From NCBI GenBank assembly GCA_963791045.1, contig CAWBQK010000017.1, forward strand, positions 32,001-96,000: a stretch of 64,000 nucleotides of DNA. Reading direction: 5' to 3'. Made by a program: the position numbers and the translations under genes. This document shows, piece after piece, positions 51,217 through 61,463 of the stretch (its first letter is position 1; each line of letters opens with the position of its first letter). A model generated the notes under the pieces. That model had not been told where the DNA came from. It did not search any database and worked only from the letters and a program-made list of their open reading frames with translations. Origin of the DNA: Candidatus Latescibacterota bacterium. GTDB lineage: Bacteria > Krumholzibacteriota > Krumholzibacteriia > WVZY01.

Positions 51217-53102
51217 CTACTGCATCGCGTAGACCGGGGTCGCCACGAGCGGGAAGTCGTTTTTCTGCGCGTCGGTCCACTTGTGGGCCGTCAAGTCGGT
51301 ATGGAACAGGTTGTTCGATCCGAACTTGAGACTGTAGGCCTCGTAGCCCAGCATGTTCAGGTACGCGGTGATCTGCGACGAATGCTGACCGGTCCAGCAG
51401 TAGACCACGATCGGCATGTCGGTCGGCAGGTTGGCGAGCATCTCACCCATGCCGAGACTCGCGTACGGGGTGAACTGGAAGGCGCCGGGGATGTGCCCGG
51501 GAACGCCGCTCGTGCCCGTGCCCAAGTAGTCGGCCTCACCGAAGTAGTTAATGACGAAGTAGTCATTCAGGTTGTCCTGGATGTCCGTGTACGAAATTCC
51601 CTTGAAGCCCGCGGCCAGCATGGCGTCGACGCGATCCTCCACGACCGTCGCCCGTTTTCGCCGGCGAGCGTCGGATACTGATGCCAGGCCAGGTTGCCGT
51701 TCTGGTTGGCCGTCTCGGCCACGTGAGATTGTCAGCCACGTTGTTAGTCCCAGGAACCAGCGAGGGTTGAGTTCCACGCGGACATGCCGAAGTTGAGCGA
51801 CTTGACATCTTCGTAGCCCATGAGCTCCAGGGCGATCTTGGCGTGGCCGGCAGCACTGGCCGGAGTAGCAGGCGATGACGATAGGCATGTCGTCGGGGAT
51901 CGTGCCGGTGCCGAGATCGTTAACGATCGTTGTAAGGGTGGAGTGATAGGCGCCGGCGATGTGGCCGGCGTCGTAGTCTGCGATTGCGCGAATGTCGATG
52001 ACCGTATAGTTGGCCAGGTTGTCGTGCAGGGCCGTGGCGGAGAGTACGCCGGGGCAGTCGGCCGTGTCGTTGATGTACGCAGCGCCTGCTGCGGCCATCG
52101 CTTCAAAAGCGGTGGTGCCACGGGGACCGGTTTCGAGCTCGAAGTCGTGCTGCGCATCGTCGGTCCACTTGTGGGCCGTCAGATCGGCATGGAACAGGTT
52201 GTTCGAACCAAACGAGAGGCTGTAGGCCTCGTAGCCGAGCATGTTCAGGTAGGCGGTGACCTGCGACGAGTGCTGGCCCGTCCAGCAGTAGACGATGACG
52301 GGCATGTCCGTCGGAATGTTCTTGAGCATCTGGTCATCGGCCAGGCTTGCGTAAGGCGTGAACTGGAAGCGCCGGGGATGTGACCCGGAACGCCGCTTCC
52401 GCCCGTGCCTTCGTAGTCGGCCTGGCCGAAGTAGTTGATGATGAAGTACTCAGACGAGGTTGTCTTTGATGGAATCGTAGGATTTGCCTTTGAAACCGGC
52501 GGCGAGCATCGCCGAAACCTGGGTGGCAACGATTGTGTTCGCGTCACCGGAAAGGGTCGGAAAGGCGTGATCCGTGAGATCACCGTTGTTGTTGGTGGTC
52601 TCGACGACAAGTAGTTTGTCATCGACATTGTTGTCCCAAGAGCCCGACAGTGATGAATTCCAAGAAGACATACCGAAGAGAAGCGAATACGTATCCTCGT
52701 AACCCATGAGTTCAAGGGCGATCTTTGCGTGACCGGCCGACTGTCCCGAGTAGCACGCGATGACGAACGGTTTGTTCGTCGGGATGGTCGTTCCGACATC
52801 CGTCAAAAGGGTCGCCAGTGTCGAATGATACGCGCCTGCAATATGTCCGTCCAGGTAGGCGCCTTCGGCGCGAATATCGATGACGGTGTAATCTTCGAGA
52901 TGGTCAAAGACGTCCTGCGCGTTGACCACGCCGGGACAGTCCGCGCTGTCATTAATGTAGGCCGAGCCGGCGTCGACCATTACTTCAAACGCCGTTCCCG
53001 TGGTGGGTGGTGTGGTCGTGCCGTTATCATCGTCATCCGAACAGCCGATAAAGGCCACCATCGCGATGGCCAACATGGCCACCAACATCCAGTGTTTCTC
53101 AT
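51217..53102 (-). CDS. Four-domain rhodanese (sulfurtransferase) lipoprotein, broken by several frameshifts
   Basis: Lipobox FIGC; IDIR..Y..GHIAGA and GHIPGA; active-site loops CYSGQ, CWTGQ, CYSGQ, CWTGQ; GAAGGAG RBS. Confidence 0.85.
51250..52990 (-). repeat. Intragenic tandem duplication with a period of about 888 nt (two rhodanese domains per unit)
   Basis: GTCGGTCCACTTGTGGGCCGTCA at 51271 and 52159; protein repeats AYINDxADCPGV and SSQxTAYLNMLGYEAYSL. Confidence 0.85.
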
Positions 53103-53175
53103 TCTATCTGCTCCTTCGCTATGGGCCGTTTGGCCCGGTTGTGGGGCGGTGAGCATCGCCCTCGTGACTTCTGAG

Positions 53176-53202
53176 GCCCGGCGGCGATCTTCGCCGCCGG
53201 GC
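53176..53202. other. Perfect 12-bp GC hairpin between the cytochrome and rhodanese genes, with no U tract
   Basis: GCCCGGCGGCGA-TCT-TCGCCGCCGGGC. Confidence 0.6.
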
Positions 53203-53212
53203 ATTCAAAGAA

Positions 53213-54614
53213 CTATCTTGCTGCGGGGAAATCCTCCTCGATTACCACACCGATGTTGGCATCATAATCCGGCAGTTTGGTCATTCCGTCCTCTTCATAG
53301 AGATCGGACTCTCTGAGGAGGAAGCCGTCCGGACCACTCTGGCGTGTAGTGGCACGCGTCAAAACACGCGGCGTCTCCGACAGTGGTCTGCGGTGTCCAA
53401 CGGAGGATGTTGTGCGGGGAGGCATAAAGCCAGGTCGGTTTGTCGAGGTAACCCGGCAGTGACAGTCCCCAACCGGAGTATGTATCCGGGTCGATCGGCA
53501 CGTGGCGTACGATCGAATAGTCATACTCGGCACGGTAGGGGCTGGCATTTTTCCCGATCTTCAACTGCACGACACTCGGATCGATTTCATAATCGGGCGT
53601 GTCGAAACCGTGACAGTTTGTGCAATTCTTGTAAGGCTGCGAATGACAGACTTGACACTGGAGCTTGGGACCGGAGCCGGTCACGTGGGCCTGATGGTAC
53701 GTGTTCCCCCCGGTTGTTCCGTGGCAGTCCTCGCAACGGGGCATCGTTTTGACCTCGTAGCGGTGGTTGTAATGATCGCCATCGGAGAGACCATCGCCGT
53801 GGATCTCCTCTTTGGTGTGACAGAACTCGCATTTGTAGCCGCGGGAGCGGTGAACGTCAGGCTGGTTGCCTTCGATTTCACCCTTGTAGTCCGTGCCGAT
53901 GCGGCTGCCGTGGCATGCCGTGCATTGTTCGTTCATGTCGGGTGATTGCGGAAACGGTGCGAGTAGTAGGACCCAATCTTCGGGAATCCGCCGCCCACGC
54001 TGTTCGGCCGGCTGATGTGGCACTGTCCACATGTCGTGTGACAGCCGCCGCATCTGCCGTTGTACTGTTCTTCAATTCCCGATCCATCGAAGGCCATACG
54101 CGCGCGAATTTCGATGGCGTTTTTTTAGCCCCACAGGTTCGAATGAAGACTGTTGGCGGTTGCTCGGGCTTCCCTGGTAGGCTGACAGGCCATCTCGCAT
54201 GCACCGAAGGCGCTCGGGTCAGGGACCATGTCGACATGCGCCTCTTCCATCGTGGTGAAGGTGCTGTCGGCCTGGCCGTTGTGACAGCTCTGACATGGCC
54301 CTCTTCCCGTGAACGCTGCTGAGGAAGATGTCACCGTTGTTTCCGGTGATGATGACTTTTTCCCAAGCTTCCAGCTCGGGTACGTCGCCGCCTCAGCCAT
54401 CGTCCATGGCGACAAGCCTGATCGGGGGCATCGATGAACTCCCAAGTGACGCCTTCAAGCTAGACTCACTCGAGTGACACCCCAAACAGGTCGCCGTGGA
54501 GGCGATCGGTGGATCAACCGGCGGGTTGGTCACCGAATCATCGTCGTCTGAGCATCCCCAGAACGCGATCGCCAAAAGAAGAGATAATGCGCTGAGAGCA
54601 AAAAGCTTCTTCAT
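53213..54614 (-). CDS. Multiheme (~10-11) cytochrome c lipoprotein, probable selenoprotein (UGA at 54393-54395); several indel errors
   Basis: Lipobox FWGC; CLGCH, then DDG-TGA-GGDVPELEAWEKV in frame; CQSCH, CGGCH, CGQCH, CTACH, CEFCH, CEDCH, CQVCH, CTNCH, CFDACH and one garbled motif. Confidence 0.8.
54354..54386 (-). promoter_or_regulatory. Bacterial SECIS-like hairpin
   Basis: Starting 12 nt after the UGA: CCCGAGCT-GGA-AGCTTGGG (8 bp, one G:U, G-led loop), with a possible lower GAC/GTC stem. Confidence 0.7.
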
Positions 54615-55258
54615 GCACTCCTCCCTGGTTGCTGCCGACCGTTTCCGGGTGTCAGGTCAAGTCTGAGACCCTTCGCGAAGATCGGCACGTTGTTACAAAT
54701 CACATCGCCTGGATTAAACTCAAAATCTGAAATCTTACTCCATGTATCTACGGATAAGGCGCAGTCCATGACCATCCCAATAAAACAACGGCTGGTGATA
54801 AAAGGGTCGACTTCGATTACCTCTTGGGTCTCGATACGTCGTTCGAGTTCCCGTTGGAGATATGTGATGTAGGGAAGGCGGACTTCCCTGAAAAGAACAG
54901 CCGCGACTGGCCCACTTTCCAAAGAATTCACGTGCATGAGCCGCAATAGCTCCGGGTCGGTTTCGATGAAACCGAGAATGTGTTCGGCAACCGTCGTAAG
55001 AACATCTTCTAATTCGCCGCAGTCGCTGCATTTCTCAAGAAAGTCCGCGATGTCGTGCTGATCGGCCTTCCGGTGGATGACGGCCTCGTACAATGTGATC
55101 TTGCTGGGGAAGTGTCTGTAGATGGCCGCTTCGGTGATAGCGCACGCCTTCGCGATCGAACGGAGCGATGTTCCCGTGTACCCACTCTGGGCAAAGAGAC
55201 GCGTGGATTCGTGAAGAATCTGTTCGCGACGGTTTTTCGGTTTAGAAGCTGTGGCCAC
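54611..55258 (-). CDS. TetR/AcrR family regulator
   Basis: LFAQSGYTGTSLRSIA..AIYRHFPSK; stop overlaps the cytochrome start (ATGA). Confidence 0.92.
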   Translation of the reverse strand: MATASKPKNRREQILHESTRLFAQSGYTGTSLRSIAKACAITEAAIYRHFPSKITLYEAVIHRKADQHDIADFLEKCSDCGELEDVLTTVAEHILGFIETDPELLRLMHVNSLESGPVAAVLFREVRLPYITYLQRELERRIETQEVIEVDPFITSRCFIGMVMDCALSVDTWSKISDFEFNPGDVICNNVPIFAKGLRLDLTPGNGRQQPGRSA

Positions 55259-55277
55259 GTTGCACGTCCGAAAAAAA

Positions 55278-55297
55278 GTTAGTAAGCGATAACAAAC
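55278..55297. promoter_or_regulatory. Candidate TetR operator
   Basis: Imperfect palindrome GTTAGTAAGCGATAACAAAC (14/20 symmetric), about 20 nt upstream of tetR. Confidence 0.4.
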
Positions 55298-55513
55298 ATA
55301 CGCAAGATATCAGCTTGTGAAACATGGCGCAAGCACTTTATTCTATTGCTATTAAATCATTTATGGATTAGGATTGCCTATTAGTTCAGCTGTCTGTCAA
55401 GACAACTCAACCGGATCTTTGCCAGCGGGCGAAGGCACTGTATAATGTGGTTCATTTTTGTGGGTGGTTGTGATGGTTGTTCGGAACTTGTATTGAACCA
55501 AAAGAGGTCTGAT

Positions 55514-56557
55514 TTGAGAGCGGTGCTATACGAGGATTTTGGAAAGCCGTTGAGAGTCGAAACGGTCGATGACCCCACGTCGGGCGAAGGCGACGTGATC
55601 GTCAAAGTAGAAGCGAGCGGCATATGCCGGAGCGATTGGCATGGCTGGCTCGGACATGATCCCGATATAGTAGAATTGCCTCATGTTCCGGGTCACGAAC
55701 TTGCCGGAACCGTTGAGGCGGTTGGCGCCGGCGTTGAACGATTTGCTCCGGGGGACCGCGTGACGGTGCCTTTCGTATCCGGATGCGGCGCCTGCCCGGA
55801 GTGCAAAACTGGAAATCATCAAGTATGTGATTACCAGTATCAACCTGGATTCACGGGGTGGGGTTCCTTCGCGGAATTTGTGTCGATCAAATATGCAGAC
55901 ACAAATCTTGTTCGACTGCCGGAAGAGATTGATTTTGTGACGGCGGCAAGTCTCGGATGCAGGTTCGGAACATCATATCGCGCTGTGACGGCGCAGGGCC
56001 GCGTTACCGAGGGGGATTGGGTCGCCGTTCACGGTTGTGGTGGTGTAGGGCTCTCCGCTGTAATGATCGCGAATGCGCTTGGCGCTCGTGTTATCGGTGT
56101 CGACATTGACAAGGGAGTTCTCGATCTCGCAAAGGCGCTTGGCGCCGATGAGACTATCGACGCATCGTCGGGTATCGATATCCCGGGCGCGATCCGCGAG
56201 CTAACGGGGCGTGGGGCCGATGTCTCCATCGATGCACTCGGCAGCTCGGTGACATGCGCGAATTCGATCCGGTGTCTGAGAAAGCGAGGACGTCATATTC
56301 AGGTTGGATTGCTCGCGGGGGAGGATTATCATCCGAGTCTGCCTATGGAATGGGTGATTGCCTGGGAACTCGAAATCGTCGGCAGCCACGGGATCCAGGC
56401 GGCAAAATACGAGACTATGTTTGAAATGATAGTTTCGGGCCTTGTCGACCCGCGCCGGTTGATAGGCGGAACCGTGTCTTTGGATGACGCGCCCAAAATA
56501 ATCGAGAATATGGGAAACTTCGGATCGGTTGGAATTATGGTAATCGATCGGTTTTGA
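55514..56557 (+). CDS. Zinc-dependent alcohol dehydrogenase family protein
   Basis: [29 protein letters not shown] start after GAGG. Confidence 0.92.
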   Translation: MRAVLYEDFGKPLRVETVDDPTSGEGDVIVKVEASGICRSDWHGWLGHDPDIVELPHVPGHELAGTVEAVGAGVERFAPGDRVTVPFVSGCGACPECKTGNHQVCDYQYQPGFTGWGSFAEFVSIKYADTNLVRLPEEIDFVTAASLGCRFGTSYRAVTAQGRVTEGDWVAVHGCGGVGLSAVMIANALGARVIGVDIDKGVLDLAKALGADETIDASSGIDIPGAIRELTGRGADVSIDALGSSVTCANSIRCLRKRGRHIQVGLLAGEDYHPSLPMEWVIAWELEIVGSHGIQAAKYETMFEMIVSGLVDPRRLIGGTVSLDDAPKIIENMGNFGSVGIMVIDRF

Positions 56558-56592
56558 ACTGACAACCATCGGAATAGCACCGGGAGTGCACA

Positions 56593-58773
56593 ATGATGAG
56601 TCAATCGAGTTCGATACAAGAATTGAAGACACCCGACTTTGCCGGCGTTGTTGCGCAAGAGTTGGGGCTCCGGAAACAATCGGTCGAAGCGGTGATCGCG
56701 CTTTTAGACGACGGCTGTACTGTCCCGTTCATCGCGCGTTACCGCAAGGAAGCCACCGGGGGCGTCGAGGATGTGGCGGTTTCCGGAATATCCGAACGTG
56801 TCGAGTTCCACAGGGACTTTTTCGACCGGAAAAAAGTTATTTTTGAAAGCATCCGCGACCAGGGAAAGTTGACGCCCGAGCTTCGGGATGCGATCGAGGC
56901 GGCCACGACGCGCACGGTACTCGAGGATCTCTATTTGCCGTATCGCCCGAAAAGAAGAACCCGGGCGACGATCGCGAAAGAAAGAGGACTTGAACCTCTT
57001 GCCGACCGCATGTGGGAACAGGAGGATACCAGGGGTTCCCCGGATGAGTTCGCCGCCGCGTTCGTCGATGCGGAGAAAGAAGTTGAGTCGTTGGATGATG
57101 CGCTCCAGGGAGCCCGTGATATCGTCGCTGAACGTATCGTCGAGACTGCGCAGTGGCGATCCGAGATCCGCGAGTTGACATGGAAGAAAGGTTTCTTTTA
57201 CGCCCAGGCGGCGCGGGGAAAAGCGGAGGAGAACAGCAAGTTCACCGACTACTATGATTTCAGCGAACCTGTGTCGAAGATACCGACGCATCGAGTTCTC
57301 GCGATCCTTCGCGGAGAAAAGGAAGGGTTCATCTCACAAAATATCATGCCCGATCCTGAGAGCGCGAAGGCGGTTCTCTGCCGTTATTCGGTGCGAAACG
57401 AGAATTCGATTTGGGCGAATCAGGTGAGAGTAGCGGCGGAGGATGCTTATGACAGGCTTTTGTGTCACCAGATCGCGACGGATATCCGCGGAGAATTGAA
57501 ATCGCAGGCGGACCTTGAGGCGATTGATGTGTTTGCTTCGAACTTGCGCGATTTATTGATGGCTCCACCGTTCGGGACGCGACCCGTCATGGCGATAGAT
57601 CCCGGTTTCCGTACGGGATGTAAAGTAGTCGTTCTCAATTCTACGGGACGTCTGCTCGAACAAGGCGTCGTATATCCCACTATCCCCAGGGAAGACATCA
57701 AGGGCACGAAGAAAGCATTTGATGGATGGTTCGGAAAGTATCCCGATATTGCCGCCGTCGCCGTAGGGAATGGGACGGGTGGAAGGGAAACGTTTGCCGT
57801 GGTCCGTGATTATTTGAAAAATCACGAGAGCGACGCGAAGGTCGTTCTCGTCAATGAGTCCGGAGCGTCCGTGTACTCGGCGTCGGAGGTGGCGCGCGAG
57901 GAACTTCCGGATTATGACGTGACCGTACGCGGAGCAGTGTCGATCGGACGGCGGCTACAGGACCCGTTGGCCGAGCTGGTCAAGATCGATCCGAAATCGA
58001 TAGGGGTCGGTCAGTACCAGCATGATGTCGATCAAAAACTACTCAAACAGAAGCTCGAAGACGTTGTCACGAGTTGCGTCAACCAGGTCGGGGTCGATCT
58101 CAATACGGCATCGGTTTCGCTGTTGGGTTTTGTTTCCGGATTGAGCGGGCGTCTCGCGAAGGAGATCGTTGCGCGCCGGGACCAGGATGGTGCCTTTGTA
58201 TCACGAGAACACCTCAAGAGTGTGCCGGGGCTGGGCAAGAAAACGTTCGAGCAGGCCGCTGGGTTTCTGCGCATCAAGGGGGGCAACCCACTGGACGACT
58301 CGGCCGTCCACCCGGAACGGTATACGCTCGTGGAAAAGATTGCGGGCGACGCCGGCTGCCGCGTAACGGATCTGGTCGGCAATGTCGAAGCTGTTCGCTC
58401 CGTTGATATCGGTCGATACGTCGACGAATCGGTGGGCGAGTATACGCTCAATGATATCCTGGCCGAGCTTGAAAAGCCGGGAAGAGACCCCCGCGAAGAT
58501 TTTGAGATCGTCGAGTTTCGGGAGGATATCCAGGATATCGGGGCACTGAGCGAGGGCATGAAACTCAACGGTGTTGTCACGAATGTGACGCACTTCGGAG
58601 CGTTCGTGGACATCGGCGTTCACCAGGACGGGCTCGTCCATGTGAGTCAAATAGCCGATCGTTTTGTGCGCGATCCGGCCGACGAGTTGAAGGTGGGACA
58701 AAAGGTAAGGGTGAAGGTGCTTGAGGTTGATGTCGAAAGGCGCAGGATCAGTCTGTCGATAAAAGACGCGTGA
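56593..58773 (+). CDS. tex: Tex-like RNA-binding transcription accessory protein
   Basis: TVPFIARYRKEATG, IDPGFRTGCK, GNGTG, ESGASVYS, IGVGQYQHDV, S1 domain. Confidence 0.96.
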   Translation: MMSQSSSIQELKTPDFAGVVAQELGLRKQSVEAVIALLDDGCTVPFIARYRKEATGGVEDVAVSGISERVEFHRDFFDRKKVIFESIRDQGKLTPELRDAIEAATTRTVLEDLYLPYRPKRRTRATIAKERGLEPLADRMWEQEDTRGSPDEFAAAFVDAEKEVESLDDALQGARDIVAERIVETAQWRSEIRELTWKKGFFYAQAARGKAEENSKFTDYYDFSEPVSKIPTHRVLAILRGEKEGFISQNIMPDPESAKAVLCRYSVRNENSIWANQVRVAAEDAYDRLLCHQIATDIRGELKSQADLEAIDVFASNLRDLLMAPPFGTRPVMAIDPGFRTGCKVVVLNSTGRLLEQGVVYPTIPREDIKGTKKAFDGWFGKYPDIAAVAVGNGTGGRETFAVVRDYLKNHESDAKVVLVNESGASVYSASEVAREELPDYDVTVRGAVSIGRRLQDPLAELVKIDPKSIGVGQYQHDVDQKLLKQKLEDVVTSCVNQVGVDLNTASVSLLGFVSGLSGRLAKEIVARRDQDGAFVSREHLKSVPGLGKKTFEQAAGFLRIKGGNPLDDSAVHPERYTLVEKIAGDAGCRVTDLVGNVEAVRSVDIGRYVDESVGEYTLNDILAELEKPGRDPREDFEIVEFREDIQDIGALSEGMKLNGVVTNVTHFGAFVDIGVHQDGLVHVSQIADRFVRDPADELKVGQKVRVKVLEVDVERRRISLSIKDA

Positions 58774-58790
58774 GAGTTGCTAAAAGCAAT

Positions 58791-58824
58791 AAAAAAGGCG
58801 GCGTGTATACACGCCGCCTTTTTT
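58791..58824. terminator. Bidirectional intrinsic terminator
   Basis: AAAAAAGGCGGCGTGT-AT-ACACGCCGCCTTTTTT. Confidence 0.9.
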
Positions 58825-58843
58825 CGTTGCCTCGATCGAATTA

Positions 58844-59317
58844 TTAGTCGACGAGGGGAATCTGAGCGGCGAGGTCGTAATCGATGACCGCGCGGATCTT
58901 ATTTTCGAGCTGGTAATAACGGGCGGCCTTCTTCGCCGTGATGACTTTGGCGAACTTCGAGAAGTACTTATCCTGGAGCTTCAAGCGTTCGCCGCGGTTG
59001 GCCAAAGACTTTTTGGTGAGTTTCTCGGCGATCTCATCCGTCATGCTGTCCATATTCCAATTGGTGGCATATTCTTCGATGAGTTTGATGTCCGAGTCAT
59101 TGATGACCTTGAGGGCGCCCTGATACTCTTCATAGATCGGCCAGAAAGCTGTGGCTTCGCTCTCGGTCAGGGGCATGTTTTCGGCTATCAGGACCTTTTT
59201 CTGTGCGCGGAGCGCGTCACGGACGATATCCATGTTGTCGGCCGGCGTATCCTGTGCGATCGCGGGAACGGCGACGAGACAAATCATGATTACCGCGAGA
59301 ATTCGAAGTGTTGTCAT
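58844..59317 (-). CDS. Secreted alpha-helical hypothetical protein
   Basis: Signal peptide (VPAIA), LTESEATAFWPIYEEY, YYQLENKIRA. Confidence 0.75.
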   Translation of the reverse strand: MTTLRILAVIMICLVAVPAIAQDTPADNMDIVRDALRAQKKVLIAENMPLTESEATAFWPIYEEYQGALKVINDSDIKLIEEYATNWNMDSMTDEIAEKLTKKSLANRGERLKLQDKYFSKFAKVITAKKAARYYQLENKIRAVIDYDLAAQIPLVD

Positions 59318-59770
59318 TACGAAACTCTCCAAGGGTTTGGGTTAAAAAGACCCCATCGACCGATTGTCCGGTCCATGCCTCTATGCGCTTAAAAGTGATG
59401 ATTCACAGTGGATGCTGCGCGAAACCGCTTTGGGTTCATTTAGGCGGCAGTTCGGGGCTTTTCAATAGCTATTGGCGACAAGTTACATCGTTCAGAGCTT
59501 CAATGCAACCACTATTTAAGCGAAATCGCCACATAGGGTTCCGTCCACGGCAATGCGGGGGAAAAAACGGGCAAACCACGTCTTATCCTTTAGTTCTTTC
59601 TCTTTGAGGGCGAGAAGTTGCTTGATTCTGTCCAGTTCGTCGAGATTCTACTATGTGCAAAGTAGAGGGTAAAAAAAAGATCGAGGGGATATTGCGATTA
59701 TGACTGAAATCCTTTATGTTTCTGCCAGTAAACAAATTACCATCTCTGGAACAAACGGAGGTATCTCACC

Positions 59771-60376
59771 ATGCGAGTGATCGCATGTTTGATGGGGTTT
59801 CTTATTGTCGTGGCTGCGGGGTGCTCGCGGCGGGACGATGTTAAGCGAATCATGGAATCGCCGATCACATACCAATCGCACGTGTCGCCGTGGGCGGATT
59901 TCGACAGCTATAAAACATGGGACTTTGTTCCTGCTCCCAGGACCAAGCCCGAAATGACCCGAACCGAAGACCCGGCGGTTGACGCGGTAATCAAAGAAGG
60001 GATCGCCAAGCAGCTCAACCTGAGGGGTTACAAACAAACAACGAGCGTTCCCGATTTCGTGGTGAACTACCATGTCGTCGTCGAAACAATCGATAAGGAC
60101 TACATAAAGAAGATGTACGACGGCAAGTATTACCCGGAGTACAGGATGGATTTCTCCGGTCCGAGGAGCGCCCGCAACAGGTGGGAGGAAGGCTCGCTCA
60201 TCGTTTTTGTTTTTGAGACCGTGTCGAGAAAGATCGTCTGGCGTGGAACGGCTCTGGCCGAGGTTGCCGATGACGCGCCTATTGAAATGCGGGAAACTCG
60301 GATTAACGAAGCGCTGAAATGGATGTTTACGAGTCTGCCGGGAAAACCAAGATGGGAAGACAAGATCATTCGTTGA
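59771..60376 (+). CDS. DUF4136-like lipoprotein
   Basis: Lipobox AAGC, DFDSYKTWDF, PDFVVNY, EEGSLIV..VWRG. Confidence 0.75.
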   Translation: MRVIACLMGFLIVVAAGCSRRDDVKRIMESPITYQSHVSPWADFDSYKTWDFVPAPRTKPEMTRTEDPAVDAVIKEGIAKQLNLRGYKQTTSVPDFVVNYHVVVETIDKDYIKKMYDGKYYPEYRMDFSGPRSARNRWEEGSLIVFVFETVSRKIVWRGTALAEVADDAPIEMRETRINEALKWMFTSLPGKPRWEDKIIR

Positions 60377-60401
60377 TATCGGAGGAAGGGTTCGGTTCGA
60401 T

Positions 60402-61430
60402 ATGAAAGCAATGGTGTTGAAAGAGCTATGCGCGATCGAAGAGAACCACACGCCGCTTGTGTTGATGGATATGCCCGACCCGACACCCGGCGAGGACGAC
60501 ATCCTGGTGCGCGTAACAGCGTGCGGCGTTTGTCACACCGAACTCGATGAAATCGAAGGGCGAACTCCGCCGCCGCAGCTGCCGGTGGTGCTCGGACACC
60601 AGGTCGTTGGCGTTGTCGAAGAGACGGCGCTCGGCGGCAGTCAATTTGAAACCGGTGATCGCGTGGGTATAGCCTGGGTCTACTCGGCGTGCGGAAAATG
60701 CAACTACTGCCTCACCGGTAACGAAAACCTCTGTCATGATTTCAAAGCGACGGGCAGGGACAGAGACGGGGGCTATGCGGAATTTATCGCCGTCCCCGAA
60801 AAGTTTGCCTATCGAATTCCCGACGTATATTCGGACACCGATGCGGCTCCGCTTTTGTGCGCCGGTGCGATCGGTTACCGATCCCTGCGGCTCACGGGCC
60901 TGGAAGACGGACAAAAGCTTGGGCTTACTGGTTTCGGAGCGTCCGCCCATCTCGTTCTCAAGATGGTCCGGCACAAGTATCCGTACACGGATGTTTATGT
61001 GTTCGCTAGAAGCGAGCCGGAGCGTGAGTTCGCGAAGGAACTCGGCGCCGTTTGGGCGGGCGACACCGCCGACAGGGCGCCGGACAAACTCGACTGCATA
61101 ATCGATACGACGCCCGCCTGGAAACCGATCGTCGAAGCGCTCGAAAATTTGGACGCCGGTGGTCGGCTGGTGATCAATGCGATCAGGAAAGAAGACAGGG
61201 ACAAGTCCGATCTCGCCAGGATTGATTACACGCGCCACCTGTGGATGGAAAAGGAAATCAAGAGCGTGGCAAATGTGAGCCGACGCGACGTGACGGAGTT
61301 TCTCGAGCTGGCCGCGGAAATACCCATAATACCCGAGACTGAAAAGTTCGCGCTCGAGGATGCGAACCGGGCGCTTGTCGAACTCAAGCAAAGGAAAATA
61401 CGGGGGGCGAAGGTTCTGGTGATTGGTTGA
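60402..61430 (+). CDS. Zinc-dependent alcohol dehydrogenase family protein
   Basis: GVCHTE, LGHQ, CGKCNYC..C, APLLCAGAIG, GFGASA. Confidence 0.92.
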   Translation: MKAMVLKELCAIEENHTPLVLMDMPDPTPGEDDILVRVTACGVCHTELDEIEGRTPPPQLPVVLGHQVVGVVEETALGGSQFETGDRVGIAWVYSACGKCNYCLTGNENLCHDFKATGRDRDGGYAEFIAVPEKFAYRIPDVYSDTDAAPLLCAGAIGYRSLRLTGLEDGQKLGLTGFGASAHLVLKMVRHKYPYTDVYVFARSEPEREFAKELGAVWAGDTADRAPDKLDCIIDTTPAWKPIVEALENLDAGGRLVINAIRKEDRDKSDLARIDYTRHLWMEKEIKSVANVSRRDVTEFLELAAEIPIIPETEKFALEDANRALVELKQRKIRGAKVLVIG

Positions 61431-61463
61431 CGTCAAGTCACGTTCTTTTGTGGAAGGGGCGGT

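Noticed and set aside
52450-52452. TGA ending the first rhodanese ORF as a second selenocysteine
   Set aside because: The duplicate unit reads DNLNDYFVIN; removing one base here gives DNLSEYFIIN, so this TGA is a frameshift product.
54125-54127. In-frame TAA within the multiheme cytochrome as a real gene end or recoding site
   Set aside because: The frame continues directly into CGGCH/CGQCH with no new start or signal peptide, and the codon abuts an A homopolymer in an error-rich zone. It is most likely a miscall, but this is unproven.
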